62,594 bases of DNA from an uncultured Clostridia bacterium (GCA_947589685.1 CANQCN010000003.1:1-62594); one strand, 5' to 3'; positions 36,874-48,145 are shown, counted from the first letter of the stretch. Notes: a model not told the origin generated them from the letters alone. Made by a program: numbers and translations.

Positions 36874-38421
36874 ATGAAAAAAATATTGAAAATTATGTGC
36901 GTTGTGCTTGCAGTTGCCTTGATGGCAGGCGTTATCTGCGCATTGGCGGCATGCGACAACGGCAAGGTGATAATGGTTTGGGGCCCCTCCGACCATAAAG
37001 ACATCTACCTTGAAGCGCTCAGAGAGTTTGAAAAAACTCACAAGGAGCAATTGGGCGGTTATCACTTCGAATATGCCGGAAGCGGCGACTCGGGAGCATA
37101 TTCGGCAATGAACAGAGACCCGACGACGGGCGCGGGCGTTTACACCTTTGCAAACGACCAAATGGCAAACCTCAAAAACTTGGGCGCGCTTGCTCCCCTT
37201 CGCGGAGAAAACCTTCAATGGTCTATCGAAAACAACGATCCCTTTGCCGTACAGGCTACTATCCTCGGTGAAGACGCAAACGGCGATCCCACGTATGTGG
37301 CGTATCCTCTTCAAGCGGACAACGGCTACTATATGTACTACAACAAGGCTGCTTTCCGTGGCACGAAAGTGTGGGATGAGACTACCGACAGCCTCAAATC
37401 CGACTACACGTTCCGCGATCTCTATGCCGCTCTCGACCAAAAGGGCGGAGAATGGGCAAACGGACTTGTTACCTGGGCATTGGGCGACAGCTGGTATGTT
37501 TCCGGCGTGTTCTTTGCAGTGGGCGGCGACTACTCCATCACCTACAACGACAAAGGTCAGCAAACGGGCTCTTCCTGCTGGTTCAGCTATTCCGACAATT
37601 TTGCAAACGGTTGGGCTGCTCCCAGCGAGACGCTCGGCTGGGACAGCAAGTCTGCCAACTACACCGTAGGTCGCGACGCTTACGAATGTCTCAAAAACTC
37701 ATTTACCAATGTGGACGGCACCGTCAACAAGCACTATCTGTACAGCGACGGCGACAAGGATCCTTTGAACGACTACATCGACGATTACACCGATCCCAAC
37801 AGCGCCAATCACGCAAAGCGCCCCATGGCGGCGGCTGTTTGCGGAACCTGGAAGGCTAAGATCCTCCAAACGAACTGGGGCGAAGATTACGGCGCAACGA
37901 TCCTTCCTATGCTGGAAACAGACGACGGCGAGCTGTTCCGTATGAAGAACTTCCGCGGATACAAGCATATGGGCGTCAACCCGATGTGCGAATTCGCTCA
38001 GATTTCCCCGGAAAACCTTCAACTGCTCCACGAAGTGGCTCAGTACCTTTGCAGTGAAGAGATGTGCTTGGCACGTTTCCGCACCACGGGCGCGGGTCCC
38101 GCTTTGAAAGCGGCTCTTGAAAACGAAGAGATCAAAAATGCTCCCGCTATCCAGGCTTTGAACAATCAGTACAATTTGGAATGCACATATCCCGGCAATT
38201 ACAGTATCGAAGCGCTGAGAGGCAAGCCGATAGGAAACGGATTGGGCTTCCGCGATCAGGACAGCGTTCCCGCAAACTATTGGACTCCCATTCAAAACTT
38301 CGGTAACACGTTGTTTAAGGAGCTTAACGGCGATACAGAGAAAGAAAGATTTGCGAGCGACAACTCCATCAAGCAATATCTTGCGGAGCTTCAATCGGAG
38401 ATCTACACGGCTGCGCAATAG
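36874..38421 (+). CDS. Maltodextrin ABC transporter substrate-binding lipoprotein
   Basis: Lipobox LAAC, YTFANDQ, AYP..ADNGYYMYYNK, GTWK. Confidence 0.85.
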   Translation: MKKILKIMCVVLAVALMAGVICALAACDNGKVIMVWGPSDHKDIYLEALREFEKTHKEQLGGYHFEYAGSGDSGAYSAMNRDPTTGAGVYTFANDQMANLKNLGALAPLRGENLQWSIENNDPFAVQATILGEDANGDPTYVAYPLQADNGYYMYYNKAAFRGTKVWDETTDSLKSDYTFRDLYAALDQKGGEWANGLVTWALGDSWYVSGVFFAVGGDYSITYNDKGQQTGSSCWFSYSDNFANGWAAPSETLGWDSKSANYTVGRDAYECLKNSFTNVDGTVNKHYLYSDGDKDPLNDYIDDYTDPNSANHAKRPMAAAVCGTWKAKILQTNWGEDYGATILPMLETDDGELFRMKNFRGYKHMGVNPMCEFAQISPENLQLLHEVAQYLCSEEMCLARFRTTGAGPALKAALENEEIKNAPAIQALNNQYNLECTYPGNYSIEALRGKPIGNGLGFRDQDSVPANYWTPIQNFGNTLFKELNGDTEKERFASDNSIKQYLAELQSEIYTAAQ

Positions 38422-38538
38422 TCGTTACCGAATATTTGACTGAAAAGCCAAGTGTAACAACCCCTACCCCGAGCACTGGCTCGGGGTAGTGTGGTAATAA
38501 AATCAAAAGCAACAAAAGTTTGCAAATAAGGAGAATCT

Positions 38539-40056
38539 ATGCGACAAATTTCATCACTGGAATATTTGTCTATGTCCCGCGTAACAAGGGCGTGGTACAA
38601 ATTTCTTTCGTTTTTTGCAGGGATTCCTCGCGCCATAGGCAGATTTTTCCGCTCTTTGCCGGCAAAGTTTGCCGCCTTGGGCAGAAAAATAGGCGATATG
38701 TTTGTCGGAGTGTGGGACGCAATACGCTACGGCAATTGGAAGACCCGTTTGTCCTTGCTGTTTTGGGGGACGGGCTGTTTTGCCTATCGCCAAATTGGCA
38801 GAGGTATCATTTACCTGCTGTATGAGATATTGTTTGTGTTGTTTATGACTTTCTTCGGTGCGGAGTACCTTGGAAAATTGGGTACGTTGGGCACCGTTGA
38901 AACGCAGGAATTGCCCAGCGGTTTCAAGATCGTCGGAGACAACTCATTTGCTATTTTGCTGTACTCGATGCTTACGATAGTGGTAATAGTCTTTACCGCT
39001 GTGGTGATGCTCAAATCGCTGAAAGACGCGTACAGCAATCAGCTCGGCTATTCCATTGCGCAGCGCGCCGCGACAATGAAGGACGACGTGGGACAGCTTC
39101 TTAATCACAAGTTCCATTTGACGATACTTGCATTGCCCAGCTTGACGCTTGCGTTGTTTACCATTGTTCCGTTGATGTTTATGATCTTGGTGGCGTTTAC
39201 CAACTTCAACCGCAACACCCTTCCTCCCGAACACCTGTTCAGTTGGGTCGGATTCGACAACTTTACGGCAGTGCTTACGGGACAGGCAAAAGGTTTAAGT
39301 CAAAATGCCGCCAAATGGAGCTACACATTCTGGACGATACTTTTGTGGACGTTGGAATGGGCGGTGTTGGCAACGGTTTCCAACTTGATTTTGGGTATGA
39401 TCCTGGCGTTGGTTATCAACAAAAAGAGCATCAAACTCAAAAAGTTCTGGCGTACATGCCTTGTTACCGTTGTCGCCGTTCCGCAATTCATCTCACTGCT
39501 GCTCGTTTCCAAAATGTTTTTGTCCAACGGCGTTATGAACACGATACTCGGTTATATGGGACTGGAACCCGTGCGGTGGATGAACGGTTCCACCAACCTT
39601 ACCAAAGCTATGGTAGTTATCGTAAACCTTTGGGTCGGCGTTCCTCACACGGTGCTTACCTGCACGGGTATTCTTATGAATATCCCCGACGACCTCTATG
39701 AGGCGGCAAAGATCGACGGAGCCAACCCCGTCAAAATGTTTACGAAGATCACATTCCCCTATATGATGTTTGTTCTCGGACCAAGTCTTATCACCACGTT
39801 CGTCGGCAACATCAACAACTTCAATATCATCTTCCTGCTTACGGGCGGTTCTTCGGGTATCCCCAACGCCAAACTCGCAAGCAGCGCGGGCGACGTCGAC
39901 CTGCTGATAACCTGGTTGTACAAACTGACCGTTAACGATTCGCAGTACGACATCGCGTCCGTAATAGGTATTTTGATATTCATAGTCGTAGCCTTCTTCT
40001 CGTTGGTTGTCTATTCGAGGATCGGCTCCGTCAAAAACGAGGAGGATTTCCAATGA
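38539..40056 (+). CDS. Sugar ABC permease (MalF/MdxF-like)
   Basis: WVGFDNF, DLYEAAKIDGA EAA motif, NINNFN. Confidence 0.92.
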   Translation: MRQISSLEYLSMSRVTRAWYKFLSFFAGIPRAIGRFFRSLPAKFAALGRKIGDMFVGVWDAIRYGNWKTRLSLLFWGTGCFAYRQIGRGIIYLLYEILFVLFMTFFGAEYLGKLGTLGTVETQELPSGFKIVGDNSFAILLYSMLTIVVIVFTAVVMLKSLKDAYSNQLGYSIAQRAATMKDDVGQLLNHKFHLTILALPSLTLALFTIVPLMFMILVAFTNFNRNTLPPEHLFSWVGFDNFTAVLTGQAKGLSQNAAKWSYTFWTILLWTLEWAVLATVSNLILGMILALVINKKSIKLKKFWRTCLVTVVAVPQFISLLLVSKMFLSNGVMNTILGYMGLEPVRWMNGSTNLTKAMVVIVNLWVGVPHTVLTCTGILMNIPDDLYEAAKIDGANPVKMFTKITFPYMMFVLGPSLITTFVGNINNFNIIFLLTGGSSGIPNAKLASSAGDVDLLITWLYKLTVNDSQYDIASVIGILIFIVVAFFSLVVYSRIGSVKNEEDFQ

Positions 40057-41099
40057 AAACATTACTTTTGTTGACGCTCGGCAAGAGCGCCGCGATTGCG
40101 ATTGGCGTAATCCTCGGCTTGATAATCATTGCTCAAATATGCGCTGTGGCGTATTTGTTGATAACGCGTTCAAAGCACAGCTCCGCAAAGGTAAGCGCGC
40201 GCAGCGTGTTGCATGTGGGACCGGGAAGATTTTTCAACAGTCACCGCAGAAGCGCAAAAAACGCCATCGTCGATACGTTTATATACCTGCTGCTCGTTGT
40301 TATCAGCGTGGTGTGGGTGTTCCCCTTCTTCTACCTGATTTTGACGTCTTTGCGCGCGGGTACGTTTACCGCTTCGACGCTGTGGCCCAAGCAATTTACC
40401 TTTGACAACTTTGTGTGGCTGTTTACCGACAAGGAGTACAACTTCCTCAGTTGGTACATCAACACGCTGCTCATTGCGATAGTGGTGTCTGTGATCAACA
40501 CGCTTATCACGTTGCTCACCGCTTACGCGTTAAGCCGTATGCGCTTCAAGGGGCGCAAGGCGTTGATGAAGTTTATGCTGATACTTGGCATGTTCCCCGG
40601 ATTTTTGGGAATGATCTGTATCTACTACATCCTCAAAATGCTGGGTATGATAGGATCTCAAATGTCCATTGTCGGACTTATGCTTGTGTATGTATCCGGC
40701 ACGATGATGGGCTACTATGTATCCAAGGGCTTCTTCGACACGATAAGCAAATCATTGGATGAAGCGGCTATGATAGACGGCGCCAGCCGCGCAAGGATAT
40801 TCTTCTCTATCATTTTGCCCCTGTCCAAACCTATTATCATTCAGACCATACTCGGCGCATTCGTCGGTCCCTGGGGCGACTATATGATGGCAAGCTACAT
40901 CGTCGGCGCAGGCGGAACAAATTTCAAAACGGTCGCTATCGGCTTGTATCAAATGATCGATACGCAGCAAAAAATGACCGAAAACTTCTGTCGATTCTGT
41001 GCGGGCGGCGTGGTGGTTTCCATATTGCCGATAGTGATGTTCTTCTTTATGCAACGTTACTATGTGGCAGGCGTAACGGGCGGTTCTGTAAAGGGTTGA
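40053..41099 (+). CDS. Sugar ABC permease (MalG/MdxG-like)
   Basis: AYALSRMRFKGR, KGFFDTISKSLDEAAMIDGA, GVTGGSVKG. Confidence 0.92.
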   Translation: MKTLLLLTLGKSAAIAIGVILGLIIIAQICAVAYLLITRSKHSSAKVSARSVLHVGPGRFFNSHRRSAKNAIVDTFIYLLLVVISVVWVFPFFYLILTSLRAGTFTASTLWPKQFTFDNFVWLFTDKEYNFLSWYINTLLIAIVVSVINTLITLLTAYALSRMRFKGRKALMKFMLILGMFPGFLGMICIYYILKMLGMIGSQMSIVGLMLVYVSGTMMGYYVSKGFFDTISKSLDEAAMIDGASRARIFFSIILPLSKPIIIQTILGAFVGPWGDYMMASYIVGAGGTNFKTVAIGLYQMIDTQQKMTENFCRFCAGGVVVSILPIVMFFFMQRYYVAGVTGGSVKG

Positions 41100-41103
41100 T
41101 GTT

Positions 41104-42732
41104 ATGACAAAGAAAAGAGTTTTTTCTGTTGTGGCTGTGATGATGATCCTGGCGCTGTGCCTTGCGTTTGTCGTTGCTTGCAGCGCTCGCGAAAAGCCCA
41201 TCGAGGACATTCCTCAAACCACGGACAACTATCGTACCTACTATCAGATATTTCCCTACTCCTTTGCCGACAGCGACGGCAACGGGATCGGAGACATTCG
41301 GGGTATAATAGACAAGCTGGACTACATCGCCGATATGAATTTCGACGGGCTGTGGTTGACGCCGATACACAAGTCCACTACATACCACAAGTATGACGTG
41401 GTGGACTACAAGAGCGTCGACGGTCAGTTCGGAACGATGGAGGACTACGACAAGCTGGTGGAAGAGTGCCACAAGCGCGGAATGACCATCATTCTCGACC
41501 TGGTGCTGAATCACACCTCTGCTCAACACGAGTGGTTTTTGGATTGTATGGCGGCTCACGAGGCGGGTATGACCGACTACCGCACCTACAATTACTACAA
41601 CGTTCAGTCGGGACATTCCACATCTTCCACTTGGCACGACTACGGCAGTTGGAGATACGAATGTCAGTTTTGGGATCAGATGCCCGATCTGAATTGGCAG
41701 TACATCCTGGACGAACCGGACGGATACCTTGCAAGCGATATAAAGGATATTATGAGCTTTTGGCTCATAGATCACAAGGTGGACGGTTTCCGTTTGGACG
41801 CGACCGCCGAGTTCTTTTCGGGCAACGACGCCAAAAATAAAGAATGTCTCAAATGGATAAACGACGCAGCCAAGAGCATAAAGCCCGATTGTTACATCGT
41901 CGGCGAAGGACCTTGGGGAACAAAGGCATACGGTTATCACGAATCCGGCATTGACAGCTTTTTCCTGTTCAATCACGGATACCAAGGTACGGGAACTATA
42001 TCGATGTCCGCTCGCAATATGGACAACAGCGGTTTTGAGTACTTCTCGAACATCGACGCCCGAAACGAAAAAGAACTGAGCGATTTCAACATGCCCGCAT
42101 TGTTTGTGGCAAACCACGACACCCCGCGCGCATACGGAATATTGTTGGGCGGAGTTAAAAATCAAGGACTCAACAATATGAAGCTCGGCTACGGCGTAAT
42201 GGCAATGTCCGCAGGCAGTACGTTTTGGTACTACGGCGACGAGATAGGAATGAACGCATTTCCGTCCACTACGGGCAAAAAAGAAGTGATAGACGAACAT
42301 AAACGTCAGCCGATGCCTTGGGGCGACAGCTATCAATGCAGACCCGTATCCGGTACGGATATGACTGTGGAGGATTCGGTAAAGTATCCTTGGGGCGACG
42401 TTAACAAAAATCTCAAAAACGACGATTCGTTGCTCAACTACATCACTCGTGCAAACGCGTTGAGACGCGCTTTCCCGCAGATAGCGCGCAATTACGGCAA
42501 AGTGGTGTACAACGGCGAATTTGTCGGGATCGTATCGAAGGGTAGCGGCGACGACGTCATTTACATTGCCGTCAACCTGTCTCACAACGAGGAAAGCTCG
42601 ATTCAACTATCCCAATACATCAGCGGCAATGTAGAGATCGCGGGCACGCTGTCCGTGGATCAAATAGCCTCTATCAAAGACGGCGTTCTCAATTTGCCGC
42701 CAATGGCATTTGCAGTGTTAAGGGCTGCCTAA
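41104..42732 (+). CDS. GH13 alpha-amylase lipoprotein
   Basis: Lipobox VVAC, SFADSDGNGIGD, DLVLNH, DGFRLDA, VGE, NHD. Confidence 0.93.
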   Translation: MTKKRVFSVVAVMMILALCLAFVVACSAREKPIEDIPQTTDNYRTYYQIFPYSFADSDGNGIGDIRGIIDKLDYIADMNFDGLWLTPIHKSTTYHKYDVVDYKSVDGQFGTMEDYDKLVEECHKRGMTIILDLVLNHTSAQHEWFLDCMAAHEAGMTDYRTYNYYNVQSGHSTSSTWHDYGSWRYECQFWDQMPDLNWQYILDEPDGYLASDIKDIMSFWLIDHKVDGFRLDATAEFFSGNDAKNKECLKWINDAAKSIKPDCYIVGEGPWGTKAYGYHESGIDSFFLFNHGYQGTGTISMSARNMDNSGFEYFSNIDARNEKELSDFNMPALFVANHDTPRAYGILLGGVKNQGLNNMKLGYGVMAMSAGSTFWYYGDEIGMNAFPSTTGKKEVIDEHKRQPMPWGDSYQCRPVSGTDMTVEDSVKYPWGDVNKNLKNDDSLLNYITRANALRRAFPQIARNYGKVVYNGEFVGIVSKGSGDDVIYIAVNLSHNEESSIQLSQYISGNVEIAGTLSVDQIASIKDGVLNLPPMAFAVLRAA

Positions 42733-42767
42733 CAAAATCAGTTACAAATAAACGGAGGAAATAATAA

Positions 42768-45383
42768 ATGTCCAATTTAAGTTTAAGACACATATACAAG
42801 GTGTATCCTAACGGAGTCAAGGCAGTAAACGACTTCAATATGGAAATAGAGGACAGAGAGTTTATCGTTTTCGTCGGTCCGTCCGGCTGCGGCAAGTCCA
42901 CTACGCTCCGCATGATCGCGGGCTTGGAGGAGATAACCGCCGGCGAATTGTACATCGGCGACAACTTTGTAAACCGTATGGAACCGAAAGACAGAGATAT
43001 AGCAATGGTGTTCCAAAACTACGCTCTGTATCCTCATATGACTGTTTACGAAAATCTTGCTTTCGGTCTGCGTCTCAGACACGTACCGCAAGCGGAAATT
43101 CACAAAAAGGTTCTTTGGGCGGCAAAGATACTGCGCCTCGAAGAATACCTCGACCGCAAACCCAAGGCTCTTTCCGGCGGACAGCGTCAGCGCGTATCCC
43201 TCGGCAGAGCGATACTTCGTACGCCCAAGGTTTTCTTGTTGGACGAACCGTTGTCCAACCTTGACGCCAAGCTGCGTACCGAAATGCGCGCGGAGATCGC
43301 CAAGCTGCACAACGAACTCAACACGACGTTCATCTACGTTACCCACGACCAAGTGGAAGCTATGACAATGGGTACCCGTATCGTCGTTATGAGCATGGGT
43401 TACGTTCAACAGATCGATACCCCGCAAAACCTTTACAATTACCCCGAAAACAAGTTTGTCGCGGGCTTTATCGGAACGCCGCAAATGAACTTTTTCAATG
43501 CCACGCTTAAACGCGAGGGTGACATTGTCAAAGTAAAGTTCGACGGCGTGGAAAAGATATTGGAGGTCCCCTTCCATCAGATGCTGAAAGTTCGCCCCGA
43601 ATATTTCAACGGGGACAAAAAGGTTATCGTCGGTCTGCGTTGCGAACATATGTCGGTAGACCCGGAGATCGTTGCAAAAAGCAACAACGTGATCCCCATC
43701 AAAATATCCATTTTCGAAGAGTTGGGTAACGAAACGCTTATTTACGGCGATATGAACACGCAGGTGAGCGACCTCGTGGAAAGCGGCACGCGTCTTATCG
43801 TCAAGCAGTACGGCGGCACGCACGAATCCAAGCGCGGCGACATAATAAACGTTGCGTTCGATATGAGCAAGGCGCACTTCTTCGACGCGGAAACAGAGCA
43901 TACGATCGCTCCGCGTATTCCCACGGACAACGTGTTTGACGTACAGCTGGACGGCGCGGAAATGACGGTTCTCGGCACAAAGGTGCATTTGCCCGAAGCC
44001 GTTGCCGAACAAGTGGGCGGTCGCAAATTTGACAACGCGTCCTTGATCATTCCCACAAACGCGCTTCACGAAGGCGGCAGCGATCTCATCGCAAACGTAG
44101 CCGAAGAGGAAATCATCAACGGCACGCGTATCACCCATTTGCGCATAGACAGCCGTACGTTCTTTATGCTCAACGGCAGCGAACACAAGTTCGGCGACAG
44201 AGTGGCGCTGGGCATCGACTTCAAGAAGATATCCGTCAGCGCCGACAACGAAGCGGTGATAACGCCGTTGCCCGAACACGACGTGTTCCTCGGATCCTAT
44301 TTCGACAGAGCCAATGCGGTACGTTCCGCAAACCGTTTGATAGCGCATTACAACGAACTTAAAAAGAAGGAAACGGGCGCTCTTTCAAAGGAAATGGAAG
44401 GCAAGATCGCAGAAGTGGTGCTTCAACCCTCCGCGTTGCAGGCGATCAAGCAGGAATATGCCGAAAAACGCAAGGAGATCAACGGCAATCTGAGCTATCG
44501 CCTGGGTACGGAAAACTTGGGCAAGGAGGGCAAAAAGAAAGTGCAGATCGAAGCCAAACAAGCCCTCGAAGTTACCAAAGCCGAGTACGAAGCCAATGTC
44601 CGCGACTACAATGAAAAGAAAGCGGCTTACGACGCGCTTCCCGACGAAGAAAAGGCGGAGCGTATGGCGCAGGAAAAGAATATTCGCGATGAATATGCCT
44701 CCAAGATAGCCGCGGTAGAAGCAAGATACGGCGAGATCATCGCAGAAGTACAAGCAAAGCTTCCTGCCGTGAGCGATATACTTGCACCCATCGAGCGTCA
44801 AAGAGCGGAAGCTGCCGCAAACGAAATAAACGAAGTCAACGAAAAATATGCCGCTTTGAAAGTTAAATGCGAAAAAGAGCTTACCGAAGCGGTCGAACAA
44901 GCCAAGGCAAAGGTCCAAACTTCCGAGGGCTCGGCAAAGGACACGGCGGTAATCGAACTGAAAGAAGCCAAGATTGCCAAGAAGGATCAACTTGCCAACT
45001 TGCAGGCAGAACACAATTCCGCAGTGGACGACGTATTGTTCCGCTCCAAGGTATTTGCCGCCTACATCAACGGTTGCACGATAGAAACAACTCTCGACAT
45101 CAACAAAAAGATCGTCAAGGGCTTGGGCGCGCAGCTGTTTATCAGTCACTACCGTTTCGAAGTTCCCCACGACGCCTACACGCTTTCCGACGACGGAATT
45201 GCCGTAACGGTGCAGGATAACATCAATTACGGTAGCGAGCAGTATGCGCGTTGCACGTTGCACGGCGATACCGTCTATGTCAAGGTGGACAAACCGTATG
45301 ACAAAGGCGACGTACTCAACATTCGCATCGACATAGCAAGGGCACGCATCTACGAGAATATGTTCGATATCAGACTGTACTAA
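42768..45383 (+). CDS. MsmX/MalK-type sugar ABC ATPase with about 500-aa C-terminal extension
   Basis: GPSGCGKST, VFQNYALYPH, LSGGQRQRV, LDEPLSNLD, followed by TOBE-like and coiled-coil regions. Confidence 0.92.
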   Translation: MSNLSLRHIYKVYPNGVKAVNDFNMEIEDREFIVFVGPSGCGKSTTLRMIAGLEEITAGELYIGDNFVNRMEPKDRDIAMVFQNYALYPHMTVYENLAFGLRLRHVPQAEIHKKVLWAAKILRLEEYLDRKPKALSGGQRQRVSLGRAILRTPKVFLLDEPLSNLDAKLRTEMRAEIAKLHNELNTTFIYVTHDQVEAMTMGTRIVVMSMGYVQQIDTPQNLYNYPENKFVAGFIGTPQMNFFNATLKREGDIVKVKFDGVEKILEVPFHQMLKVRPEYFNGDKKVIVGLRCEHMSVDPEIVAKSNNVIPIKISIFEELGNETLIYGDMNTQVSDLVESGTRLIVKQYGGTHESKRGDIINVAFDMSKAHFFDAETEHTIAPRIPTDNVFDVQLDGAEMTVLGTKVHLPEAVAEQVGGRKFDNASLIIPTNALHEGGSDLIANVAEEEIINGTRITHLRIDSRTFFMLNGSEHKFGDRVALGIDFKKISVSADNEAVITPLPEHDVFLGSYFDRANAVRSANRLIAHYNELKKKETGALSKEMEGKIAEVVLQPSALQAIKQEYAEKRKEINGNLSYRLGTENLGKEGKKKVQIEAKQALEVTKAEYEANVRDYNEKKAAYDALPDEEKAERMAQEKNIRDEYASKIAAVEARYGEIIAEVQAKLPAVSDILAPIERQRAEAAANEINEVNEKYAALKVKCEKELTEAVEQAKAKVQTSEGSAKDTAVIELKEAKIAKKDQLANLQAEHNSAVDDVLFRSKVFAAYINGCTIETTLDINKKIVKGLGAQLFISHYRFEVPHDAYTLSDDGIAVTVQDNINYGSEQYARCTLHGDTVYVKVDKPYDKGDVLNIRIDIARARIYENMFDIRLY

Positions 45384-45469
45384 TTGCATACATTATTCGA
45401 TCAAACGCATAACCACCGATCTTTCGGTGGTTATGCCTTGCAAAAAAACAATAAAAAAACGAGGTTTTT

Positions 45470-48145
45470 ATGAAAAAATATTACTTAATTTTGTTGCTGG
45501 CGGTGGTGATGGTGCTTTCACTTGCTTTGACTGCCTGTGAAAAACCCAAAAACGACCCCGCATTCGAATGGGACGAATACGCTGCTCCCGCGCCGAGTCA
45601 AGGCACCGACAGCGTCGATTTGCCGACCGTTCCCGCAGGCAAGGCGTCCTCTCCGTCCGTTCAGATCCACTATCAAAGAAAGAGCGCTTCCGATTACGGC
45701 AATTGGAGCTTGTGGCTGTGGACGGAAAGCGGCTCAATAGGTTCGGAAAATATCGGTTGGGCGTTCAACTACAAGGACGATTGGGGCGTTATCGCAATGT
45801 ATTCGCTGGAAGATTTGGGCAAATTGCAGGGCGGTTCGGGCAATTACCAAACCTCCGAAGCAATAGGTTTTCTTGTTCGTGATAAATCTTGGGGCAAGGA
45901 TATCTCGGCAGACAGATTTTGGACGTTGGGCGATATCGACGAAAACAATTACTATCATCTATATTTGGCACAAGGAGATTCAGGTTTGTACAGCTCGGTC
46001 GAAGACATTCAATACGGCATGTCGGCAGGATTTGTCAACGAAAAACAGATAACGATAAATACGAGTACTCCCGTCACCTATGTGGCGATCTACGAGGGCG
46101 ATTCCGTTATTGCCGAAACGAATACGGACGAAACGACGTCTATCCGCTACAACATTCCCGATACCGTCAAGTTGGATCTTTCCAAAAATTACAAGACGAA
46201 GGTAAAATTTGTGGCAGGCAACAAAGAAAAGGAGTGCGACCTTTCGATAATTCCCCTTTACGGTACCAAGATGTTCGAGGACGCTTATTGCTATGACGGT
46301 GAATTGGGCGCGATCTACACTTCAACCGCCACCGAGTTTAAGGTTTGGTCACCCTTCTCCTCCAAAATAGAGCTCAAACTTTACGAAGCGGGCAACGGCG
46401 GCAGCGCGTATAAGACCGTTTCGATGACAAAGGGCGAAAAAGGTGTTTGGTCGGCGACCGTGGAGGGCGATCTGAAAGAAAAATACTACACCTACACGGT
46501 AACAAACGATTCCTACAACGGAAAGGAGATCGTAGACCCGTATGCCAAGAGCGCGGGTCTCAACGGTCAGCGCGGACAGATCGTCAACTTTGCGGAAACA
46601 AATCCCGTCGGTTGGGACGCAGTTAATCCCATAGCCTACGATCGCAACGAGTTAGTAGTGTGGGAAACGCATGTGGCGGACGTAACGTCCTCCTCCACCT
46701 GGAACGGACCGGCAGATCACGCCAAAAAATTTCTCGGCTTGATCGACGAGGGGACAAGACTTCCGGGATACCCCGAAGTTACTACCGGCTTCGATCACAT
46801 CAAGGAGTTGGGCGTCAACGCCGTTCAGCTTGTGCCTATTTTCGACCAGGCAAACGATGAGTCCGACCCGCAGTTCAACTGGGGATACAATCCGCTCAAC
46901 TACAACGTGTTGGAGGGCTCGTATTCCTCCGACGCCACGGACGGCTACGCACGCATAAGAGAATTCAAGCAAGTGGTGCAAGCCTACAATAAAGCGGGCA
47001 TCAACATCATAATGGACGTAGTTTACAACCACGTTTCCGCCGCTATCGGTTCCAACTTCGACGTGCTTTGTCCGGGCTACTACTTCCGTTACAATGCAAA
47101 GGGCGGTATGGCGGACGGCTCCGGTTGCGGAAACGAAACGGCTAGCGACCACTATATGTTCCGTAAGTTTATGATCGATTCCGTAAGCTTCTGGGCAAGC
47201 GAGTACAAGCTCGGCGGTTTCCGTTTCGACCTGATGGGACTTCACGACATCGACACGATGAATCAACTGTACGCAGCATTGAAGGAGATCAATCCCTCTA
47301 TCGTTGTTTACGGCGAGCCTTGGACGGGCGGTACGTCTCCTCTTGCCTCCGACAAAATGGCTAACCAAGCCAACGGCAACAGCCTGGTGGGAGTGGGACA
47401 GTTCAACGATCAAATGCGCGACGCTCTCATCAAGGGCGGAATGAACGCCGCCGAAAAAACAGGTTGGGTCACCGCGGGAGAATACAACAGCGGCGATTTC
47501 AACAAGATCCTTTACGGTATGAGGGGCGCAGTGGACGTGGGCTCTATGCAGATAGACGACATCACAAAGGTCGTCAACTATGTGACTTGTCACGACAACT
47601 ACACCTTGTACGACCGCGTTTTCGCAGCACTCGGCAGCGACAGCAAACCGTACATTGAAAAAATGTGCGTCTTGGCGAACTCGGTAGTTCTCACCTCCAA
47701 CGGTATCGGCTTTATGCTCGCAGGGGAAGAGTTTCTTCGCAGCAAGCGCGAGCTTGGCGCCACGGGCGACGCGATACACAACAGCTACGAGGCGGGATAC
47801 AAGGCAAACGAGCTTGATTATTCTCGTAAGATCAAGTATGCAAAGGTATTTGACGCTTACAAGAAGCTTGTTCAATTCAAAACTTCGTTTGCAGAACTCG
47901 GTCTCGAAGCAGCCAAGGTAAACAGCGATATGTACAGTGTGGAACAGGCAAAAGGCGGAGCCGTTGTCGTTGCGACGATCAAAACCGCCGACCGTACCTA
48001 CAAGATCATTCACGCCAATTTCGATGTTGACGGTTACACTGCCAAGCTTGACGGCTACACACTGTTGCTCGACACTATCGGTGAAACGGAGTTGACGGCC
48101 TCGACGGCTATTCAGCCTTTCCAAACGATCATTGCCTACAAATAG
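45470..48145 (+). CDS. pulA: Type I pullulanase lipoprotein (CBM41-like, CBM48, GH13)
   Basis: Lipobox LTAC, FNWGYNP, MDVVYNH, GFRFDLMG, YGEPW, CHDN. Confidence 0.93.
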   Translation: MKKYYLILLLAVVMVLSLALTACEKPKNDPAFEWDEYAAPAPSQGTDSVDLPTVPAGKASSPSVQIHYQRKSASDYGNWSLWLWTESGSIGSENIGWAFNYKDDWGVIAMYSLEDLGKLQGGSGNYQTSEAIGFLVRDKSWGKDISADRFWTLGDIDENNYYHLYLAQGDSGLYSSVEDIQYGMSAGFVNEKQITINTSTPVTYVAIYEGDSVIAETNTDETTSIRYNIPDTVKLDLSKNYKTKVKFVAGNKEKECDLSIIPLYGTKMFEDAYCYDGELGAIYTSTATEFKVWSPFSSKIELKLYEAGNGGSAYKTVSMTKGEKGVWSATVEGDLKEKYYTYTVTNDSYNGKEIVDPYAKSAGLNGQRGQIVNFAETNPVGWDAVNPIAYDRNELVVWETHVADVTSSSTWNGPADHAKKFLGLIDEGTRLPGYPEVTTGFDHIKELGVNAVQLVPIFDQANDESDPQFNWGYNPLNYNVLEGSYSSDATDGYARIREFKQVVQAYNKAGINIIMDVVYNHVSAAIGSNFDVLCPGYYFRYNAKGGMADGSGCGNETASDHYMFRKFMIDSVSFWASEYKLGGFRFDLMGLHDIDTMNQLYAALKEINPSIVVYGEPWTGGTSPLASDKMANQANGNSLVGVGQFNDQMRDALIKGGMNAAEKTGWVTAGEYNSGDFNKILYGMRGAVDVGSMQIDDITKVVNYVTCHDNYTLYDRVFAALGSDSKPYIEKMCVLANSVVLTSNGIGFMLAGEEFLRSKRELGATGDAIHNSYEAGYKANELDYSRKIKYAKVFDAYKKLVQFKTSFAELGLEAAKVNSDMYSVEQAKGGAVVVATIKTADRTYKIIHANFDVDGYTAKLDGYTLLLDTIGETELTASTAIQPFQTIIAYK

